Positions 13,154 to 24,486 of a DNA stretch of 64,000 bases are shown piece after piece. Where the stretch lies: assembly GCA_045837725.1 (NCBI GenBank), contig JBEWZL010000239.1, forward strand, positions 434,001 through 498,000, in the 5' to 3' direction. The stretch's first letter is position 1, and each line of letters begins with the position of its first letter. The translations under genes were made by a program, and so were the position numbers. The DNA is from Vermamoeba vermiformis. Its lineage: Eukaryota. The notes beneath the pieces were generated by a model. The model was not told the origin of the DNA. It worked only from the letters and a program-made list of their open reading frames with translations, and made no database searches.

Positions 13154-14063
13154 TTATCTTCCTTCCAAATAAACTCGTCCAATTTTCTGTATTAATGATC
13201 GTACGAACTCAATTTGACGTTCATTAGGCACGATTTCGAATGGCGGTACATGGAGGAATAACGAATCCGTCTGGTTTTTGTTGGAGGTGTGTAACGAGTG
13301 GTAGCTGCCATCAAAGTTAGTACAAACAATTGAGTAATATTAGCCATAACTTACTAAATATAATTGCAGAGAAATCGTCCCGCATCCTGACTCACGTTAA
13401 CAGGGTAACCCTCAGCGGCCATTTCTTCGCTACGAAAGGTTATTACCCTTGCTTAATATTATAATATTATCTTACTTTAATATCTCTAGAGGCAATTGGC
13501 ATTTATAGCAATGCGTTAAGGTTCCATTGCTCGCAATAATAGGGAGTTCATTTGGCGTCCAGCCTCGTTGATCAGGACAACGGAAAGAAGCCTCTGTAAA
13601 TTCGTATAAATATTATCTTTGATTTAAATACGCTGCGTACCATTCCAGGCAACTTGTTCTAGCAAGAAAGTCGTGGATGTAGCTGCAACACCGAGATGCA
13701 GGTAAAATATTTTTGTATCAGCGGGATGATTTCCTGCAATAGCTTTTTGTCTTTCCAAAACTTGCTCGAAGCTCTCTACAGCTCCAATAGCTGAAGTTTC
13801 ATACACAGTAGTTGAAGCAATTTCAATGCGCGACTAAAAATAATTTTTAAAAATCAGAAAATAATAATTTGCGATGCTTACATCAATAGGATGAGATTGA
13901 AGGTACGCAGGAAATTGTTTCACAAGCTCCTCTTAATAAAATCTCGGGTAAGTCCTTGAACTTTGCAAAATCCGTTATGACTAACAGAGCTACCTGTAGG
14001 ATTGAATTTAACGCCATGAAATTCGCCAAATCCACTCAAATGAATCAATAATCTTTTTGCCAT
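13154..14063 (-). CDS. PGPEP1: Pyroglutamyl-peptidase I (peptidase C15)
   Basis: IHLSGFGEFHGVKFNPT, LHLGV, LLEQVAWNEASFRCPD, SQDAGRFLCNY and LFLHVP supply the Glu-Cys-His triad motifs. Confidence 0.92.
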
Positions 14064-14189
14064 CTTTTTTTGTTGGTGGTGCGGCGTCTCGTCTCCTAAT
14101 TTAATTTGTCCCTTATTTTGTCCCAGAAGCACACAAAACAGTAGCGTTACTCGACTGTTATTGAATAAGCACAAAGACAGCTATACAAT

Positions 14190-15914
14190 ATGGACACTAT
14201 CCCTCAAGATGTCTGGCCGAGGATCGCCGAGTTTATGGATGCCAAAACTAAACGAATTATGCGCTTGGCAAGCACAGCGTGGTTTAATTTGATTAAATAT
14301 AACGACTTCACGTTATATTTTACGAAACTAGAAGACTTGCCGACTATTGTGGACCGATTATCAAAATATTCTTGGCCGATCAAGCTGACATTTGCCCAAC
14401 ACAAATTCACTGTTGCTCCAGAGCTAGTTATGCCCCTGAAAAATCTAACGAATTTACTTGCACTTGATGCGATTTCAGCAGCGTGTTGCGAGAGAGGTCC
14501 TCCCACACGATCCGAGTGGATGCAGCTGTCAACGCTCACGAACATGGAATGCTGGAGATTTATGCCAGGAATTGCACCTTGCGATCTTTATAAGAGCTTT
14601 AAGAAGTTGAAAGAATGGGAGTACTCTGGTGCTGATTATGATGAAGACGAGTCATCAGGACAAGATATACTGGCACTATTACCCGACTTGCATTCGCTCA
14701 GTTATCACGCCAATAGTGACACGTGGCCATTTGCACTCTTACAGAACCCCGAACAACTCACAGAACTGTCTATGAGTGTTGCAGCAACATTCAAGGAGAC
14801 TCAGATGTGGTCCCGTTTAACGAATTTAAAAACGCTAGCTTGCAACGAACACTTTGGAAATAATCACATCGATACCAAGTACCTGACTGCATTGGAGAAT
14901 TGTGCGTTTTCGGTCGGATCTATGCCATCCTTAGAAACAAACACCAACTTGACCCAATTAATATTGAAATGCAAGGAATGGCCCCAAACTAGAGTGGAAT
15001 CAATATCTAATTTAAGAAAGCTTCATCACCTTCACCTTCACTACGACCAACCGCTCCATCTGCTTTCGTTTAGTTTTTTGGCGGAACTTTCCAAGCTGAC
15101 GGAATTGCACCTTCACACCGATCAGATCCCCGATGAATTTCATTTTAAAGAAGAAATGTATCAAAATCTGCCGTCCACCTTGAAAATTCTCAACACTACA
15201 GAGACTTTGGATCTCGCTCAATTAACGCATCTGGTCAATTTGGAGCACCTTCGTGTGGAAACCGCTCCTATTCATACGGAATACTTTTCATACCTTTCCA
15301 ACTTGACTAAGCTTTCGACGTACTGGAACGAGGAGGACAAGGACGAGTACGACCTCAGATCCATAGAACACTTGACAAAACTTGAAGATCTTTCGGTCAA
15401 TGGAATGACGCAAGCCAGGATAATGATAAACATAGCAAAGCTAGGCGCGTTGAAATCCTTAAGATGGAATCGTTTGGATTGTACGAAGGAAACAATAGAT
15501 GGAATTAAAAAACTTTCGAATCTGGAACTGCTGGCACTGACACAAGCTGAAGAACCCATAGAAAGCTACGAATTTTTGTCATATTTGACAAAATTGACGT
15601 CTCTGATGATAAGCGACCGAACTGTTAAAGACGAATCTCTTTGGATCAACCTCACACACCTGACGAACCTGGCAGCTCTGACATTAGAAGAAGTTGGTAT
15701 AACTGACGAAAGATTGATGCAACTAGCCGTGTTAAGACACATTACGAAGCTAGAGATTATCAAGGCGGATTCTACTTTCACCGGATGTCACTTAACGGCC
15801 CTGTCTTCGCTAAAGCGACTCGAGATTATTGGCCGTGGTCTTCAATTAAAATACAAAAAAGAAGATCTAATGAACAGCTTACCCTATCTGTCCTACTATT
15901 CAGAGTGGGTGTAG
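14190..15914 (+). CDS. F-box/leucine-rich repeat protein (intronless)
   Basis: N-terminal MDTIPQDVWPRIAEFM...MRLASTAW is F-box-like, followed by many LxxLTNLxxL repeats over 574 aa. Confidence 0.85.
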   Translation: MDTIPQDVWPRIAEFMDAKTKRIMRLASTAWFNLIKYNDFTLYFTKLEDLPTIVDRLSKYSWPIKLTFAQHKFTVAPELVMPLKNLTNLLALDAISAACCERGPPTRSEWMQLSTLTNMECWRFMPGIAPCDLYKSFKKLKEWEYSGADYDEDESSGQDILALLPDLHSLSYHANSDTWPFALLQNPEQLTELSMSVAATFKETQMWSRLTNLKTLACNEHFGNNHIDTKYLTALENCAFSVGSMPSLETNTNLTQLILKCKEWPQTRVESISNLRKLHHLHLHYDQPLHLLSFSFLAELSKLTELHLHTDQIPDEFHFKEEMYQNLPSTLKILNTTETLDLAQLTHLVNLEHLRVETAPIHTEYFSYLSNLTKLSTYWNEEDKDEYDLRSIEHLTKLEDLSVNGMTQARIMINIAKLGALKSLRWNRLDCTKETIDGIKKLSNLELLALTQAEEPIESYEFLSYLTKLTSLMISDRTVKDESLWINLTHLTNLAALTLEEVGITDERLMQLAVLRHITKLEIIKADSTFTGCHLTALSSLKRLEIIGRGLQLKYKKEDLMNSLPYLSYYSEWV

Positions 15915-16010
15915 TGTAATAAACGCGTTCCAACATTTTTCTGCCTTGTCAAAAAAAGTCGACGGCGCAGCACGAATCGTTTCTTTCTGTTATCTTGCCC
16001 AAGAAGAGAC

Positions 16011-19000
16011 ATGAACTTCGATAATTTTTTGGAGCAGATTGATCGTTCGGATGTAAGATTAATATGCAGATTAGACTGCGTGTGAATCAATATTTATTTT
16101 ATTTACAGGTCGATCCAGGCAATTGGCCAGACCTTCCTGAAGATCCAGAAATAACAGGTACCTAAATTATATAAAAAATTATAGATATTTACTGGTCTAG
16201 GGAGCAATGTTGCTGAAGAAGATGAAAGTAAATCAGTTTCGCGTTTCAAATCGTTGGAGAACTCACCTCCGTCTCTTTCCTCGCTTTGCATCTTCAAAAT
16301 TAGCTCATGGATCAACGAGATGACCTGCGATCCCCTCAATAATAGTGAGTAAAGGCAATTTAAAGACGTTGTCCCGTGGATGTGACTGATGTTTTGCAAA
16401 CAGAGACAGTTCAAGACATGTTTCATAATCAAATCGAAGCTCTCCCTCGAGAACTTAAATTCAAAATCCACACGCAGCTGTCAATGACATCACTTCGATG
16501 CATTTACCAACATCGTGTTTGGGAGCTCGATCCACACATCATTGCTGCTGGGTGAGGACAGATCTCATCACTCTATTACATCTATAACTAACCACAGTAC
16601 CTCTTAGTATCAAACAAGAAGAAGATATGCTTCGTTACTTGTTCTGGAAACAACCGAACAATCCTCTTCTGAAGCACTTCGAGAAGACACTCGTGACCCG
16701 TTTGTTCGAAGATAAAAAGTCAATCGATCTTATTAATACAGCAAAGCTGACACCTACTGCTAATGTAAGCTTACAAATATATTTATATTAGTTAAGTGAT
16801 AATAGCGGCTGATATCGCGCAGGTAAAAGAGTCCCTCGTGCAGGGATATTTGAAAGACTGCCTCGCTTGCAATTTTGTTTCGAAGCAAGAATTCCTTAAA
16901 AACTTTGAAGAAATGACAAATGGCTGCTTAAAGAAGCTGGATTGGAATAACGTTCTTGTTGTTGGTGGATCCGTTCTGAAGTCCGTCAAACAACAAACGG
17001 AATCTCCCAACACTGCGAATAGATACAACGCATCTGATATTGATATGTACTTGTACGGACTGACGAAAGAAGCTGCTCAAGCGAAGGTCCTACAAATTTA
17101 CAAGTCAATCCAGTCTTGCTGGCAGGAAAAGATCGGCATTTTTAAAACAGCCAACACCATCACTTTGGTGTCAAATTCTGAGTTCCGAAACATTCAAATT
17201 ATATTAAGGTACGTCATAGTATCATCTACTTGCCAGGGACTCTATCCTTTTGCGAGATTGGCCGTCATCAATACTTACATATTCCTATTAACACTGATGA
17301 AACAGCACTTACGCATCACCATTGGAGATCTTGTTGGCTTCTGACATGAACTCGTGCTCAAGTAAGAACAACAAAATACAACGTATTGACCGTTCATACT
17401 AACGTCGTTCATTCTCCACACAGTCGGTTTCAACGGTGACACCGTTCTCGTCATTCCAAGGTAATCTCACTCAACTCGATTCAATGTCACAATCAAAGTG
17501 ATAACTGAATGTTCGTATTGTTGACAGATTCTTGTTCGGTTCAATCTACGGATCAAACTTTCTTGACAGCAGCACAAAGTTCGGCACAAAGCTGCGATGG
17601 GAACGTATCGCTAAGTACTATAAACGAGGCTACAATGTTGTTGCACCACTTTATCTTCGTGTTCATGGCTATGGCTCATTCAGTAAGGATCGAGCTTCTG
17701 TAGTACTGTTCGACGCATTCAAATTCATACAACCCAATTTTTTCGTTCTAACAACCAAAATGTCGGCGCTTGTCACGCGACTCCATAGTCACGTGGGACT
17801 TTCCTAATAAGGCATACCCAGAGCCATCCCCAATGGCATTGTTGCCATATGGGGTTGATATAGATGCGATACCTAGGGAGGTCGGGAGAGTGCGCAACAT
17901 TATGGTTGTTTTCGCGAAAAAATCGAGTTGTATGAATTTGAATGCGTCGAACAGTATTATGTAAAACTAATCTCGCATAGATACTGTTGAAAAGATATCC
18001 AAACAAGTTCATCCAACTACCAACCAAATGATCGAGTTGATGTGCTTGATGAAGATGGTGTTGATGCGCATGTCCTACAACAAAGATAACTTCGGTATAA
18101 GTCGTGAGACCGCATTCGATAACTGGCCTAGTAAGTCTGCGTAACTATCTCACACCGTCATTGTAACAATTGATTAGCTCGGTGGGTTCGTGGTGTGTAC
18201 ATTGTGGCCCGCAGCTGTACGGATAATGGATACGAAGACGATGATTATAAAAATCTGTGTAAGGTGCTGCCTAACCCTCCTGAATGGGTAACGAGATATT
18301 ATCAAAAGTACGCACAATCGAATAACAACAACACGCCATTGCACCCGGTTAATTGAGAATATTATTTTCAGACGCCAAATTTTGAAACGACCTGTCATTC
18401 GTGAAGCACCTCGTTATTCGGAAGAAAGCAGAACGATCGATCAAATGAAGTGGAGGTATAACTATAGTCAGTAGACCACCGTGATTTTGATCTAATTATT
18501 CTTCGTAGTAAATCGGAGCAGAATTTTGACCCATCAGAAACTTCAGACATTGACAAATACGTCCGCAATCATTGCAAGTTCGACAACTACAACGAAAGTA
18601 CGTCAAAACTACTGTCCGTATCGTCTTGTTCTAGCTAACATTCACATTGTAGGTGCGTTGCAGTGCTTCCATTTGAACTTGTTCGTGAACAAGGAACAAA
18701 CGGCGGTGAATCCTTATAGAGAAATGAACACGAGTCTCGTCACGATGGACTACCGCACTGAAACGCTGCAGCTGACTTTCACTAATTTCAAATCCTTCTT
18801 GAACGGCGCTGAGAAAAACATCACGCATCAGTTCAAGATGCATAATTACAACTGGTAGGGCCGTAATTTCATAATAATTATTCCGCGAATTGTTCTCACA
18901 TCCGAATTCTTAATAGGAAGTTGAAATTGAAGCGGGCATCGAATAGCGTGAGTTTTATTATGCTGACTAAAGAGCCAGACGAAGAAGACAACGATAGCTT

Positions 19001-19389
19001 CAACAACACTCGATATAGACCAACAAAGTTCTTCGCGAACTTCTTGATCCGGATCAAGAACCAGAAAAAAGTCAATTCCAAATGGCATACAATAGGAGAC
19101 ATAATATACGGTACGCTTTGCAGATCTTATTAACCATGTTATTAACGGATTCGATGGTGCAGACGGATCCCACGTGTTCACGTACAACAGACCCGACAAT
19201 ATGTGGCTCATATGGGTGCATAATAAGTACTTCAATGGAACGCTGAATGACGCTGGAGAAAGTGCAATCCAAATGATGCGCGACTACGAAAATATTGATG
19301 GTAGACCTAGTTACATCGAGCATGGAAACGTGCATTGGGAAATCGTAATGCAACTCATAGAGCCTCATTTTAACATTACGGCAATGTAA
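16011..19389 (+). CDS. BC/SOCS-box-like + nucleotidyltransferase-fold + MATH-like protein, copy B
   Basis: ATG at 16011 (MNFDNFLEQ); VLVVGGSVL...SDIDMYLYG; ends IEPHFNITAM* (copy A ends VEPQFNITTM*). Inverted paralogue of 9287-12464. Confidence 0.8.
17706..17954. mobile_element. MITE, 249 bp, 40-bp TIRs, TA target duplication (Tc1/mariner-like), inside an intron
   Basis: TIRs 17706-17745 and 17915-17954 match 38/40 and extend imperfectly inward. TA at 17704-17705 and 17955-17956. Absent from the equivalent intron of copy A. Confidence 0.92.
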
Positions 19390-19851
19390 GTTAAGTTTAA
19401 ATAGCTTCATCTTTCCGCTTGTTACGCTGCTGGAAAGATCAGATGCGATTAATTGTCTGATCTGCCAAACAACATTCTTTTGATAATAATCGCTAATAGT
19501 ATGGAATGGTGTACTCGATTATATGACACAATAATAAATTGTCGAGATGCACATTTCAATTGGCCGTACGCACGTGTTGATAAATTTAATTTGTGGCGCC
19601 TCTTTTATAATAGAGATGAATCAATAATAATACCTCAATATATACTATTTTTCTTATAATGGTTAATTTACGAGTGCATATTCGATTGACAGTTGCAAAG
19701 ATACACAAAACTTACGAGATCTAATCAAGAGCACATTGACGTACGTATTTCAATGCACAAATAATTTATTTCTCTTTATTTATTTAATCAATTACGAACC
19801 ACAACCGCAACACCACAATCCGAGCAACTAGTTTCGATTGAATCTGCTGCG

Positions 19852-22154
19852 ATGATTCGAACTTGCAGTTGCCTCGCTTTATTAACGATTATAGCGTTGT
19901 GTTTCTCTCAAATATATGCAGTAGATTTTGACGTGGCCGATTATAATGCCTTCCCTGATGATGGTAAAGATGACACCTCGGTAAGTCAAAGATCTTGTTT
20001 GTTTGTTTAGCAATAATTTGTGATGGTCGAGCCGATTATTTTATTATTTTTCTATTTAACAGTGATGCAAACAATACTAGATTTACTCATTAATTGATTT
20101 TTTGGTTGGCCTTTCAACGGCAAGCTCGATCACAAAATTTGTTCCGTTGCCTAAATATTCTGAATACTTCTACAATTGACCATTGTTATTATATTAGGGT
20201 TTTTATGGTGCAATTAACGATGCAAGAGCAATGAACGGCACATTTGCTCGTGTCGTGCTTCATCCGGGCACTTACGTCGTTAATAATCGTATGAACATTG
20301 CTCAACCGTGCATCAATCTCGTAATAGAAGGCAATGGCGCTACCGTAGTATTCAACGTTACTACAATCGGCTTTTATTTGACGGATTGCAGTAATGTGAC
20401 TCTACAAAATCTTTTTATCGATTACGATCCGCTTCCATTCACCGGTGGCAAGGTTCTCTCGATCAATTCAGTCGATAAATCGTTTGACCTAGAAGTAGCA
20501 GCCCCTCATACTGCAGACACACGGCCAATGGACGGCTACATCACTTACGATCTGGATCGACGTAGATTTGGTGTAACCAACGCAGCCAATACCTCGATTA
20601 GAAACGTGGACGTGTATCAAACTGACTCTACTACTCCCTCAATGATCGTCTCTCAGAATCCCTTGACGGTGCGCTTCTTCGCCTTGGGCAATGTTCCAAG
20701 CTATCTGCCCGGTCAAAACCTCGTTGTGCGCTACCAGATCTACGTCTACAACTGCATCGACACGACTCGCTCTGATCGTATTACAGTTCTGAATACTACT
20801 GTATGGACTTGCCCTGGCATGGGATTCGTAGCTACTCACAGCTCGAACATTCGCTTGGACCGCTTCAACGTGATGAAGAAAGGAGACCGCTGGATGAGCA
20901 GTGCAGCTGATGGCACGCACCTCAACAACGTGCGCGGTACCGTGGAGATCTCGAACGGCTACTACGAGGGCATGGGCGATGACGCGATCAACATCCACAA
21001 CAGTATAATGGCTGTGTGGGACAACAACGGCACCAGCGTTGCGTTGTCTAGAGGTACGAATTTGACACCTATCACTTCCGAATGCAGTCATTCTAATATG
21101 ATTCATAGGCCGTGACCAACCTGGCAAACCAGATCTGTTGCAAGTTGGTGATGTCATTGGCTTTGCTTCTCCTGACGACCCTTTCCATCCATATGTACAT
21201 GCTACCATTACGTCGGTTTATTCACCTGCAGGAAACTTCACTTACTGCACCTTTGATGTTGACGTCAGCATGGTTGCGTAAGTGGATCGTGCAACTAGTC
21301 GGTTTAATATAGCTAACATAATCGATAGTGCTAATGACGTGGCTGTCCTTGAAACAATTGCCACTGCGCACATCTACAACGTGACTGTCGCACGTAACAG
21401 AGCGCGTGGTTTCTTGATCAACAACCGTCAATCTCTCGTTGAGGACTGCACTTTCGATCAGATCTCCGGTCCTGCTTTGTTGATGGACTGCGAGGCCTAC
21501 TACTGGTGGTAAGTACTTGCCAAATCGTACGGAGTTATAGCATTAGATTAACATTTTGACGCTTATAGGGAGGGCAATTGTGCTCGCAACTTGGTGGTCC
21601 GCAATAGCCGATTCATCGACTGCAACTACGGCACAGCACAACGCGAAGGCTTGATTGTGATGAGTTCAGCGCGTTCAGACAAGGTCCCTCAAGCAGCAGG
21701 CGTGTTTCACAACATAACTTTCACCGACAACTCTTTCGAAGGGCCAGTTGCTCGCTCTTATTTTCTCGTTGGTAGTGCCTCTGACGTCACGATCAAGAAT
21801 AATATGTTTGATAACTCACTTCTGCTGCCTATTGAAACTGTTGCGGTCATCTGCAGTAGCTCAGATGTGTTGCTTTCGTGCAATGAACTGGCGGTGGATC
21901 TCTTGGCCAATCAGACGATGTACCCTCAAGGACTTAAGAACTTGACCACTTGCATTTCTCCAAGCTCTAATATCAATGTCGAAGAGGCTTTCATTGGTAT
22001 CTGCCTCCCGCCCGTGACGCCTGTCAGCGACAGCGGTACTGGCGAGACACCGACCACTCAAGTCATACCGACCTCGATAAGCGACGCTCACTCAATATCC
22101 GCATTCTCTATCAATCTTTTCTTTCTTGTTGCCTCCGTTCTTGTATTTTATTAA
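19852..22154 (+). CDS. Secreted right-handed beta-helix glycosidase, GH110 alpha-galactosidase-like
   Basis: Signal peptide; IDYDPLPFTGG; ADGTHLNNVRG...EGMGDDAINIH; NRARGFL; Ser/Thr/Pro linker and hydrophobic tail; three GT-AG introns. Confidence 0.82.
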
Positions 22155-22268
22155 ATTTTTTTGGATGCAGTCCGCGCCAAAATCTTCTTTTATTTCAAGT
22201 TCTGAATACATGAGCTGTGCACAAGATTGCCAAAGCAGAATTATCTAAATTTATTAGATCAGTTAACA

Positions 22269-24159
22269 ATGAAGAAGCGGAGACTAATTCCACAACCTGA
22301 TCTAGAAGAGCCAAGAAAAAAGCAAAGAACAGACCAATTAAATGCAGAAAGTACTACAAAATTAGTCGAACTACAGGTAGGTCATTGATCTTTAATGAGA
22401 ATAAGTTTGGTATTTTTCAAATTAAAATATTATTTAAATACAGCCCTTCGATAGCTCAATTCTACCCGCTGAAATAGTGCGTCATATATTGTTACAATTT
22501 AACGAATATCATGACAAACTTCAAATGCGATTGGTGTGCAAAACTTGGTTCGAGTGGATCAGCATTGCAGACTTCACTTTTGGCCTTGTCAGAACAGACG
22601 AGATACCTCAACTATCCGAGATCTTCTCACGATATACTAAGCCCATCAGCTTTAACATAAAGAAGAGTCAGTTATTGTTCGGATACGATTTAGAACCTCT
22701 GTGGAAGTTGACAAACTTGACGTCTCTCAGCATTGACAACTTAATATCGGATGTCTGCCTTGGAATTTCAAAATTGACAAATCTGTCGAGTCTCGAAGTT
22801 TTTTATCCCAATGAACATGATTTGCGAGCTATGACGCAATTGACACGACTGAAGATTAGCAAGTTCGATTTGCGTTGGCCATTATCAAATTTGGAATCTC
22901 TGCACTTTTACCGCGAATTGGACCAGTATGATAGCGCGGACCACTTAATGTCATTCTCGCGATTGACGGAGCTGACAGTTGGATTACCAGCAACACCGAT
23001 GGACATGTACAGGCTGCTGATTGAAAGTTCACCCCTAAAAAGATTGACAATGACTTATCCAGAGGTAGATCTCGTTGGATCTGCCCAATTTTTCATATGC
23101 ACAAAGCTAGCAGCATTAGAGTCGTTAGAGACTGATATTCTGTTCGACGAGAATGCTCTTAATTGTGACACTTTGACACGACTTGTTGCACAAGAACACG
23201 CTGGACCTCGTGCTCACACAATGACATCACATTTGACAAACTTAAAAGAACTGCGTGTGGCTCTCCCAGAACTTGAGACGATACTATATTTGATCAACTT
23301 GCCGAAATTGGAATCTCTTGCCTTGACCGGAAAATTCCCGTTCGGTCATCGGTTCATGAAGTACTTGCCAAATCCAATGCTATTAACAAATTTGGAAATT
23401 ATGTTTCTAAATGCTTCCCAAAATGACTTCGTAAAGTTGACTTCTTTGCGAAATTTAAAGGCCTTGTCTTTGACCTCCCAAGGCATGGCAGAAGTAGACT
23501 TGTCATGCATGTCAGTATTAACAAACTTGACGCTATTATCAGTGGAATGCAATGAAGGCACGAGTACTTCACTACAATGGACGACAGCGTTGACAGGACT
23601 GCAAAAATTACATTTGGCAATGCCTGGCCGAGGTGACACATATATGGTCGATCATTTCAGCGTGACTAATTTGACGAGATTGACGTACTTGTTCTGCCGA
23701 TCAGTGGCCGATGGATTTGATTTGAGCGGATTGACCAATCTGCGAGAATTGACGTTGAGCAATATAAAGGAGCACATTGACACGCATGGCTTGGAGACAC
23801 TACAGAGCTTAACGAACATTATTATGGTCCACCCGATGCCCGAAGAACAATGGCAAAGTATCATTCAATTGACGCAATTACAAGCGATGTACATTGAGTA
23901 CGAAGGCAAGGACGCGGATCAAAAATTGGAACAGTTGACAGCGTTGAAACATTTGACGTCATTCATGTGCATGCAAAGCTCGTGGACTGGCAGGAACTTG
24001 TCGCGTTTGGCATCTTTGCAGTCACTCACGTTTGGCACGAAGAACGCTCTAGCAGTTCCGAGCTACGCCAATAAGCTAAAGAACACCATGCCGTTAATGT
24101 ACGAGTGCACGTACTTTGAAGATTTTATGTCAAGTGTTGCAGCGTTTTGGAGCAAATAA
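22269..24159 (+). CDS. F-box/leucine-rich repeat protein with a basic NLS-like N-terminus
   Basis: Exon 1 MKKRRLIPQ...PRKKQR; exon 2 ILPAEIVRHILLQF...MRLVCKTW (F-box) followed by LTNL repeats. Confidence 0.87.
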
Positions 24160-24486
24160 AGCTACGGCTGATTGGAATGACACTTTGAACTGCAAGTACC
24201 TTAATGGAGGCGAGAGCGGTGAAGATCGCATGTCACTACAACCGAGAGGGTTCATGAACCAAGTGCAATAGTAGCAATTCTGGCAGAGGGCGGCTGTAAC
24301 GAAGGAATATCACGTGGCACAGTAACGTGGCTAATGGCATCAGCACATTGCCTAAATGAGCAAGTGCACCGACACCTTTTTCCGGCTTTTTTCTTCTTTT
24401 TACAGTTCAGTCCCAAGTTAATACAAAAGTAATGTTGTTATTACGGTTCATACTCGTATTGAGGAATTATTTACCACAGCAAGCAA

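Noticed and set aside
20017-20136. Inverted repeat TTTGTGA..TCGAGC/GCTCGATCACAAA in the first GH110 intron
   Set aside because: No proper C/D or H/ACA boxes, guide or TSD; too weak to call.
24160-24385. GC-richer stretch ending GTGCACCGACACCTTTTTT, superficially like a guide-RNA 3' end
   Set aside because: No terminal hairpin and no associated nuclease; the resemblance is probably chance.
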